Positions 26,023 through 32,000 of a stretch of 32,000 bases of DNA are shown here, piece after piece. The position numbers and the translations under genes are program-made. This DNA is from Pyrodictium delaneyi (GTDB lineage Archaea > Thermoproteota > Thermoprotei_A > Sulfolobales > Pyrodictiaceae), in contig NZ_CP013011.1 in assembly GCF_001412615.1 (NCBI RefSeq), positions 720,001 to 752,000 of the forward strand, in the 5' to 3' direction. The notes beneath the pieces are model-generated. The model was given only the letters and a program-made list of their open reading frames with translations. It did no database searches and was not told where the DNA came from. The number at the start of each line of letters is the position of its first letter. Position 1 is the first letter of the stretch.

Positions 26023-26451
26023 ATGAACAATAGTAATGCAGTACAGGAGAGAATATGCTTTAGTGGTAGTTTTTCAGAGCTAATCAGTGAACTTCTCAAG
26101 AACGTACCCAAGGATACGGATATACCCGACGCATTTGTCCATGCAATACGTCGAGCTTATGTAGAGATAAAAGGTGACTGCGAGCTTCTCGACGAGCTCG
26201 AAACACGCCTAGCAAACGTGATAGAGAATACTAGCCCTAACGATGTGTTCACTACTATGCTGCAGTCGATAGCTGCAGACTCCGAGAAATGTAGTGTAAG
26301 CATAATGTGGGACACAATAGGCATTACAATACGGGATCCTAGTTCTGGGAAAAGGATCCATATCACGATACACGGCGCACCACTAGAAACGATACTCATC
26401 GTCAAGAAGATATGTGGGCAGAATATTCGCGAAAGAACTACTAGCGAATGA
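26023..26451 (+). CDS. Hypothetical protein (low-GC island)
   Basis: The 142-aa ORF has an ATG preceded by GGAGGGA. No confident motif was found; there is a weak GS...DTD pattern near the N-terminus (see findings). Confidence 0.45.
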   Translation: MNNSNAVQERICFSGSFSELISELLKNVPKDTDIPDAFVHAIRRAYVEIKGDCELLDELETRLANVIENTSPNDVFTTMLQSIAADSEKCSVSIMWDTIGITIRDPSSGKRIHITIHGAPLETILIVKKICGQNIRERTTSE

Positions 26452-26498
26452 CCCTGGCAGCTGACACAAGATGCCATGAAGTAATTCAACATTTACCT

Positions 26499-26984
26499 CT
26501 AAGACCTGACAGAGGTCAACTCTTCTACTAGTCTACGAGCCCGTTCATGCATTTTCTCCAAATGCCTAGTATCCTCTATACCCTCCCGATCCGCGATAAA
26601 TGCTGCCAAGCCAGCATACCATGCATCAAGCACTGTTTCGAGCTCCCTTGAGGCTTCCGAAGCAAGCTTCCAAAAATCACTGAGACTACTAGGAATATCA
26701 TTGCCGCGCATGTAGCTGTAGGCTTTGAGCGCAAGCAGCACAGCCACCCAGACACGACGAAAAGCATCTCCAAGCCTTCCCTCAGCCATTAACTCTGCAG
26801 CGTGATCTAGGCTTGCCTGGGCCGCCTCGAGGAGTGCACTAGGACGTTCACCCGGCTCTACAAGACGGAGAAGGATATCAACCATAACAGCCTCGGGTGT
26901 GCTCCCTAACCGCTCAGCTTCTCGTTCCAATGCACGTAAAATTGTATCAGGTATTGACAAAGAACTAGGCAAAGCAGCCCCCAC
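26499..26984 (-). CDS. Ribbon-helix-helix + PaREP1 (HEPN-superfamily) fusion protein
   Basis: The N-terminus SIPDTILRALEREAERLGSTPEAVMVDILLRLV is CopG/RHH-like. The remainder, AELMAEGRLGDAFRRVWVAVLLALKAYSYMRG...FWKLASEASRE...DAWYAGLAAF, follows the archaeal PaREP1 pattern as recalled. The start is GTG. Confidence 0.6.
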   Translation of the reverse strand: MGAALPSSLSIPDTILRALEREAERLGSTPEAVMVDILLRLVEPGERPSALLEAAQASLDHAAELMAEGRLGDAFRRVWVAVLLALKAYSYMRGNDIPSSLSDFWKLASEASRELETVLDAWYAGLAAFIADREGIEDTRHLEKMHERARRLVEELTSVRS

Positions 26985-27009
26985 TGTACTTAACTAGGCT
27001 TCCACGAGG

Positions 27010-27246
27010 CTAAACGGTTAACTCCTCATACAGTAGGGGGCTCGCCGATACACCGGGTAATACACTGGCCCGTATACCGGTGCATCCACCTAGGATCAGA
27101 CAGATATCATATAATAGAACGAGAACAGGTAAGGCCAAGACAGTACTCACTTGGCAGACCACAGGGAGAACCAGTAACGCGAAGTCCATGAAGAAGTACA
27201 CCAATAGGTAGTATCCATCTAAGGCAAAAATATAACAAATGAACAC
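27010..27246 (-). CDS. Possible small two-TM membrane protein
   Basis: The 78-aa ORF is strongly hydrophobic (LLVYFFMDFALLVLPVVCQVSTVLALPVLVLLY) and lies in AT-rich sequence, so it could be spurious. Confidence 0.3.
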   Translation of the reverse strand: MFICYIFALDGYYLLVYFFMDFALLVLPVVCQVSTVLALPVLVLLYDICLILGGCTGIRASVLPGVSASPLLYEELTV

Positions 27247-27299
27247 ATAACAAGTAGATATGTGAGCTAGACGAGTTATAGATTAGAGATAAACTGAAC

Positions 27300-27850
27300 A
27301 CACCTTAGGCACTAGAGTATCTAGCCCAAACAAGCTAGCTACACATCACACTACAATGAACAGTATCACTCATGGTACCAGCTCATAGGTGATAGGTCCT
27401 GGTCAAAAATTAGCCTATATATTAACATGTATCATAGTTTAAATAATAAAGAAAATTTGAACAATATAATATCATAGCTGATACAAGCTATTGTTAAATA
27501 ACTATAATACGTCAATCTCCGATAAACAACACTCAATATCATATAACTATGACTGCGCACACGCTAATCGGGATGCAGGACTCTCCATTAATTCTACAGC
27601 CAGTAGCTCCAGAGGAGGACAGCCTGCAATCACATAATGCGAGTATATGACAAAGGCGGGCTCCTCAAGGTTATCCATGAGTGGCCGGGGTTCTAAGGGG
27701 GCTGCGTGTAGGGAGTAGCCTGTCTCGTATATTCTAGCCCCTGGAAGTACTGCAGATGTTAAATTAATAGCGATACATATTAGCTTTAATTGTTATAGGT
27801 AAGCTATATTGCTTAAATTTATTTGTCATTCTTTACGGTCCTCTGGACTG
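27300..27850. other. ORF-free, extremely AT-rich tract
   Basis: No ORF of 60 aa or more is listed on any frame. A hand count gives 28 G+C in 120 nt (27401-27520), about 23%, against ~60% in neighbouring genes. There are many short A/T palindromes such as TATCATAGCTGATA. Confidence 0.7.
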
Positions 27851-27855
27851 TACGA

Positions 27856-28260
27856 GAGCTAGCCCAGGGGAGCCCCGGCTACGTGGCAGTCTACCGTGGG
27901 GTAATACCCAGGGTGTGATTTGGCTGGGGCTTGAAGGCCCTGGAGGCTCTAAAGTGTCTGGCCCTTGCAGTACTATGGCCTGGTGATGGATTCTCCGGGT
28001 TCTGGAGGGGTTTGCCTCGTCGTGGGCTGGGACAGCGTGGTGATGTATGGGTGGGGTCTTCGGGGCATGGTCGAGTTAACTCCCGGTTAACTTCACCGCC
28101 AGTAGATTTAACCACCCCCGGTGGATTCGAAAGTACCGGGGGCCCGGCCCGGGGGGCTGGCCGTCGCCACGGGGAACCCGGAGCCCCGCAGATACGTGGC
28201 TCCTGGAACGTCCTAGCACGGGGGACGGGGCCGAGCTTGGTGCGGGTGGGCTCTAGGCTC
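27856..28260. other. G-rich, GC-rich non-coding block with a terminal complementary pair and an ORB-like palindrome
   Basis: The only ORFs are low-complexity. GAGCTAGCCC (27856-27865) can pair with GGGCTCTAGGCTC (28248-28260). CCCCCGGT-GGATTCGAAAGT-ACCGGGGG lies at 28115-28142. GCCACG...CGTGGC encloses CGGGG-loop-CCCCG at ~28165-28200. A TATA-like aaatttattt sits ~25 nt upstream of 27856. Confidence 0.3.
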
Positions 28261-28745
28261 TACTGTTCCTGCCTGGCTATTTCCCGGGCGTAGCGTGGTG
28301 GTGTGAGAACCTCTATCTGGAGCCTGGCTAGGCTGTCTAGGTCGTAGTTCCTGAGGTTCCACGAGAGCAGTATGACCCTCGGGTAGCGCTCCCGGAGGAG
28401 AAGGGCTGATGCGACGAAGAAGGCGTCGTCGAGGTCTCTAACGTACCTTGTTGCCTCGTGTAGGTACCCTTGTATCTCCTCGGTGCTTATCCGCCTAGCG
28501 TCTGATAGGAGGAGTCTTACAGCGTCGCGGAGGCTCTCAGGGTCTACGTGGGTTCTACTGGCTAGCTCCTCTAGGTGCTCCTCTACTTCTTCTAGCAGGA
28601 CCTGCGGATAGTATGTTGGCCTTGTCCTGGAGACTAGGAGTATGAGCCTCCGCGTGAACCCGTTCCGTAGGAGCCCGGCTATGACTGTGTTAGTATCGAG
28701 GACAATCGCTTCCTCAGACCCTCCCTCACCCTTTCTTCGAGCCAC
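28260..28745 (-). CDS. vapC: PIN-domain ribonuclease toxin
   Basis: The N-terminal IVLDTNTVIAG (first acidic PIN residue) is followed by later acidic positions (RDLDDAFFVASA). The gene lies downstream of, and overlaps, a small RHH-like antitoxin gene. The start is GTG. Confidence 0.7.
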   Translation of the reverse strand: MARRKGEGGSEEAIVLDTNTVIAGLLRNGFTRRLILLVSRTRPTYYPQVLLEEVEEHLEELASRTHVDPESLRDAVRLLLSDARRISTEEIQGYLHEATRYVRDLDDAFFVASALLLRERYPRVILLSWNLRNYDLDSLARLQIEVLTPPRYAREIARQEQ

Positions 28746-28900
28746 TCGGCCTCCTCCTCGTCGAGGCCCCCATTCGGTAGCAGTTGTTCGATCAACACGA
28801 GCTTCGTGGCGACGACTACGAGGTCCTCCTCTGATAGGCCGAGCTTCTCTGCCGCTCTACTCACCTCGTCAGGTAGTGTGACTCTGACTGTTCTCGCCAC
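28679..28900 (-). CDS. vapB: Antitoxin (RHH/CopG-like) of the VapBC pair
   Basis: The 73-aa ORF begins MARTVRVTLPDEVSRAAEKLGLSEEDLVV, a beta-strand then helix pattern, has an acidic C-terminus and lies immediately upstream of the PIN gene. Confidence 0.6.
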   Translation of the reverse strand: MARTVRVTLPDEVSRAAEKLGLSEEDLVVVATKLVLIEQLLPNGGLDEEEAEWLEERVREGLRKRLSSILTQS

Positions 28901-29101
28901 AGCAGAGCCCCATTCTATGGCCTAGTAGGCTCTCCTCGCTTAATTATGCTTCTATGGACGCCGATTGACCCACTGGGGGTGTCCCTAACGCTATATAGTG
29001 CTTCCGCGGTAAGAGCTTGATCTAGAGCGCTGGGCCCAGAGGCTACACAGTGTGCTGTAGACCCTCATGGCGGGGTGCCGTGCTTGGCCGGGGAGCACTT
29101 G

Positions 29102-29857
29102 ATGTACACGGTTCTCGCGGAGTACTACGACTACATTTACGCCCGCTACCTCGAGCAGGTGCCGTCAATCATAGACGCTGTAGAGGAGCTGTTCCGGAGG
29201 CACGCCCGGGGCGCGGTTAGGAGGGTTCTCGACCTCGCCTGTGGCACGGGCAGTCCCACGCTCGAGCTCGCGAGGAGGGGCTACAGTGTAACCGGGGTGG
29301 ACCTCCACGGCGAGGTCCTGAAGGTTGCCCGGCGGAAGGCGGAGAGGGAGGGGCTGAGGGTCGAGCTAGTCCAGGCCGATATGCGGGAGCTGGATCTGCC
29401 ACGTAGGGACTACGATGCTGCTACGGTGTTCTTCTCTAGCATCCAGTACGTGGGCTCCTACGGCGAGCTGGTCGGTGTCCTGGAGAGGATTAGGGCTCAC
29501 CTGAGGCCTGGAGGAGTCCTAGTCTTCGATGCTATGAATCCTCTGGCGGTGGACGCTTCTAGGCAGGTTGTGTGGGACGCGCCTGGCCCCAGGGGCGAGC
29601 ACCTATTCATGGTGGACTACAGGGATGTTGACCCGTTCAAGCAGGTGATGAGGTTCAAGCGCCTCATAATGGTCCTGGACGGCAGGGGAGGAGCGAGAAC
29701 GTATCTCGTTGACGACGAGGTGTACCTCTACACGCCTAACGAGTACCGGCTAGCCCTACGGGAGGCAGGGTTCCGTGAAGCCCACCTCTACCAGGGATAC
29801 GGCGATGTAAACGGAGAACCCAACCCCAGGAGGATAGTGGCTGTCGCCACAGCCTAG
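29102..29857 (+). CDS. Class I SAM-dependent methyltransferase
   Basis: VLDLACGTGSPTLELARRGYSVTGVDL is motif I plus the post-I acidic residue. ATG 29102 (MYTVLAEYYD) is preferred to GTG 29075. Confidence 0.75.
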   Translation: MYTVLAEYYDYIYARYLEQVPSIIDAVEELFRRHARGAVRRVLDLACGTGSPTLELARRGYSVTGVDLHGEVLKVARRKAEREGLRVELVQADMRELDLPRRDYDAATVFFSSIQYVGSYGELVGVLERIRAHLRPGGVLVFDAMNPLAVDASRQVVWDAPGPRGEHLFMVDYRDVDPFKQVMRFKRLIMVLDGRGGARTYLVDDEVYLYTPNEYRLALREAGFREAHLYQGYGDVNGEPNPRRIVAVATA

Positions 29858-29921
29858 AAGCCGGGCCCCCGGGATATAGTAGGAGTTGCCATGATAGTTG
29901 TTAACAGTGGGAGGAGCCGGC

Positions 29922-30503
29922 ATGGCGAGTCTGTCTTGCAGGCTTGTAGCTGTACTCTCTGCAGCTGTCATAGTGCTGCCGTGGCTGGTGATAGCCTTCT
30001 CGTGGAGCCTTAACCCGTGGTTTGACCCGCTACGGGGCGCCTTTAGCGACCTCGGCTCCCCCAGGGCGCATCTCCCCTGGGTGTTCAACCTGGGTATGAT
30101 AGTTTCCGGGCTTCTGGTGATGCTACTGGGCCTCACAGTCTATCGTGTCTCGGTGTTGAGGCTTGAGGCGGCTGGAGCAGCTCTCCTATCGGAGGCGGGA
30201 GTCTTCCTGGCTCTTGTAGGCATGTTCCCTGAGGGAACTAAGCCCCACAGCTTCGTAGCAGCGTGGTTCTTTCTCCAGCTATACACGTCCTACGTAGTGC
30301 TGGGTATGGCGCTATACCGGAGGGGGCTGGAGAAGCGTGGCCGGGCTCTGGCGCTGATAGGCGTGCTAGCGCCCCTTCTCGCAGTGTTAGTCGAGTACAC
30401 TATGGGGTGGCCTTCCATAGCAGTTCTCGAGACTTATGCAGTACTCGCTGCTGATGCTGGTGCAGCAGTTCTGGCAGCGGCTTACCGGTGCACGGTTGTA
30501 TAG
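29922..30503 (+). CDS. DUF998-like integral membrane protein
   Basis: There are six hydrophobic segments, and NPWFDPLRGAFSDLG resembles the ISDLG signature recalled for DUF998. ATG 29922 is preferred to the track TTG 29898. Confidence 0.5.
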   Translation: MASLSCRLVAVLSAAVIVLPWLVIAFSWSLNPWFDPLRGAFSDLGSPRAHLPWVFNLGMIVSGLLVMLLGLTVYRVSVLRLEAAGAALLSEAGVFLALVGMFPEGTKPHSFVAAWFFLQLYTSYVVLGMALYRRGLEKRGRALALIGVLAPLLAVLVEYTMGWPSIAVLETYAVLAADAGAAVLAAAYRCTVV

Positions 30504-30590
30504 GTGCTCTTTCGCGGGCGGAGGAGAACATTAGAACGCCGGGCGCTAAGGCATCTGCTATGAGATTTGAGGAGCTGAGAAAGGGGGTGG

Positions 30591-30839
30591 ATGGTAATGG
30601 TGCGTGTCATAGACCTGCGAGGCGGTGATTACGGGTGCCGTACGAGTCCCATAGTACTACTAGTGGATCATATTTCGAGGATAAAGACGAGTGGTGAGCG
30701 GGGCCAAGAGTACGAGTTCCTACTCGACAGCGACATGGCGCCGCGTAGCCTCGTCCTAGAGTACATCGAGCGTAGTGGTCTAGAAGTGGTAGAGGTACGG
30801 GAGGAGGACAAGACGCTCCGGATAAGGGTCAAGTACTAG
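30591..30839 (+). CDS. TusA/SirA-fold-like small protein lacking the canonical CPxP
   Basis: The 82-aa ORF has IDLRGGDYGCRTSPIVLL where TusA has LDxRGxxCPxP, and a beta-alpha-beta style remainder. A canonical paralogue sits next to it. Confidence 0.4.
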   Translation: MVMVRVIDLRGGDYGCRTSPIVLLVDHISRIKTSGERGQEYEFLLDSDMAPRSLVLEYIERSGLEVVEVREEDKTLRIRVKY

Positions 30840-30936
30840 CCCAGAAGCGGGGACACCATCACCTGGCCTGGGCGCCTCTACACCTAGAACCCCCAGTCAC
30901 GTTTCTAGGCCAACGACGGTACTGGGGGAGCATCTG

Positions 30937-31191
30937 GTGGCGCAGCAGGGCGAAGTCGTGGACCTACGTGGCAAGATATGCCCGGAGCCCTACGTACGGG
31001 CCATGAAGCTCCTAGAGCAGGCTCCGAAGGGCTCGGTGCTAAGGATAGTAATGGACTCCTGGCGCCGCGTGATAATGCTTGTCTCAGCCGTTAAAGCGCT
31101 TGGTATGAAGGTGGATGTAGCTAAGCATGACGAGAAGAGCTTTCTAATAACGATAGAGAAGAGCGTTGAGGAGAAGAAGGAGAAGAGCTAG
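30937..31191 (+). CDS. TusA-family sulfur-carrier protein
   Basis: VVDLRGKICPEPYVRAMKLLEQAPKGSVLRIV has the canonical DxRGxxCPxP motif. The start is GTG and the tail is Lys/Glu-rich. Confidence 0.65.
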   Translation: MAQQGEVVDLRGKICPEPYVRAMKLLEQAPKGSVLRIVMDSWRRVIMLVSAVKALGMKVDVAKHDEKSFLITIEKSVEEKKEKS

Positions 31192-31218
31192 ATGCCTTCT
31201 AAGGCCCCGGTGCTAATG

Positions 31219-32000
31219 CTAAGGCGGGCAGCGTAGCCGGTTCCTGGGCGGCGAGTCGCGCTCGGGACGGTTGGTGACCCTCTTCTCTATCTCGCGGCGG
31301 AACTGCTCCACAATCTCCTCGAGCACGTGAGCCTGCCCGTTCACTGCGGCGCGGTGAGCGTAGACTATCATGGGGCGTAGCAGCTTCTTGACCAGGCTCT
31401 GGGCGAAGTCCCCCGTGGCCGTCAGCGCGGCGCCGTCGACGCCCAAGCCCCGTAGCCTGCCGTGTAGCTCCTGGAGCTCCTCCTCCACGACGCGGCCCGC
31501 ATACTCCATCATAACCGCTATGGCCTCGTCAGCGGCCCTCCTCATCCAGGCCTTCCGGAAGAGGGCGAGCTGCTCCTCTACTATCCTCTCCGCCTTTGGG
31601 ACCTCCTGGCGGCGACGCTCCAGGGTCTTTTGTATCACCTTCTCGAGGCCCTGGAGCCCTATGTAGCCGAGGTGGCTGGGCACCGGTAGCTCCACAGCCG
31701 AGGGGTTTGAGACGTCTACTACCAGTGCACCGTGCTTCATCCTCTCTAGCAGATCCCGGGTGAGTAGAGGCTTATCCACAGTAACAGCGACAAAGACGAC
31801 GTCGGCATACTCTAGGAGCTCTGGTAGCTTGTCGAGACTGTAGGCCTCCCCGCTTACCTTCTTTGCCAGCCTCTCTGCTCTCTCATAGGTACGGTTGACT
31901 ACCATTAGTCGGGCGCTGCTGCTCTTTTGCCGAATCAGGGTGGCTATTATTGAGCCAGCTTCACCCGCGCCTACGACTAGGACTCTTCTCCCATCGTAGC
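31219..32000 (-). CDS. hemA: Glutamyl-tRNA reductase (C-terminal two thirds; N-terminus outside the window)
   Basis: The frame stays open upstream of the listed ATG to the window edge: ...RRVLVVGAGEAGSIIATLIRQKSSSARLMVVNRTYERAERLA. This is the NADPH-binding GxGxxG plus NRT signature of HemA, followed by the helical dimerisation tail. Confidence 0.75.
   Translation of the reverse strand, partial: YDGRRVLVVGAGEAGSIIATLIRQKSSSARLMVVNRTYERAERLAKKVSGEAYSLDKLPELLEYADVVFVAVTVDKPLLTRDLLERMKHGALVVDVSNPSAVELPVPSHLGYIGLQGLEKVIQKTLERRRQEVPKAERIVEEQLALFRKAWMRRAADEAIAVMMEYAGRVVEEELQELHGRLRGLGVDGAALTATGDFAQSLVKKLLRPMIVYAHRAAVNGQAHVLEEIVEQFRREIEKRVTNRPERDSPPRNRLRCPP

Noticed and set aside
27891-28293. ORFs 27891..28115 (-) and 27931..28293 (+)
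   Set aside because: The translations are low-complexity Pro/Arg/Gly/Ser-rich with no start context. They lie in a strand-skewed G-rich block that was treated as non-coding.
1-32000. Search for CRISPR arrays, rRNA genes, IS/transposase genes and inteins
   Set aside because: No regularly spaced direct repeats, no rRNA-like conserved stretches, no DDE or IS200/IS605-like ORFs and no intein-sized insertion in nrdD were seen by eye. Absence cannot be proven without tools.

Overview
The window reads as chromosome from a GC-rich hyperthermophilic crenarchaeon, probably Desulfurococcales-like. That inference rests on GC-rich tRNAs with encoded CCA, separate IPCT and DIPPS genes for di-myo-inositol phosphate, PurP, ADP-forming acetyl-CoA synthetase and PaREP1. 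All calls come from reading the sequence and from remembered family motifs; no searches were run.

Left to right:
- 1-2538: the end of an integrated virus/plasmid-like element. It holds a structural-like ORF, a small wHTH-like ORF and an intact tyrosine integrase, and it stops at an orphan tRNA 3' half (att).
- 2551-3719: a frameshifted MFS transporter.
- 3720-4221: a ~500-nt GC-rich non-coding block.
- 4222-7543: an nrdD / dNK-like kinase / nrdG cluster.
- 7730-12221: a low-GC ~4.5-kb island between tRNA-Gly(GCC) and tRNA-Glu(UUC). It encodes a Zn-ribbon protein, a small membrane protein and two proteins with R-G-I class-III (type IV pilin-like) N-termini. One of these is a 930-aa sequon-rich lectin-like giant.
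- 12599-25749: housekeeping genes, namely an eight-CBS protein, IPCT+DIPPS, DUF445, purP, acdB, sfsA-like, an SQR-like flavoprotein, a citramalate-synthase-type enzyme, a QPRTase-family protein and a beta-propeller protein. A ~500-nt hairpin-dense non-coding stretch at 19647-20150 interrupts them.
- 25750-28900: a second low-GC accessory region. It contains a hypothetical ORF, an RHH-PaREP1(HEPN) fusion, about 1 kb with no credible ORF (a ~23% GC tract followed by a G-rich block with an ORB-like palindrome) and vapBC.
- 29102-32000: a methyltransferase, a DUF998 protein, two TusA-like genes and partial hemA.

No CRISPR array, rRNA or transposase was seen. The best candidates for something undescribed are the tRNA-bracketed pilin-like island, the ORF-free AT-rich/GC-rich composite at 27.3-28.3 kb, and the unassigned structured blocks at 3.7-4.2 kb and 19.6-20.2 kb.
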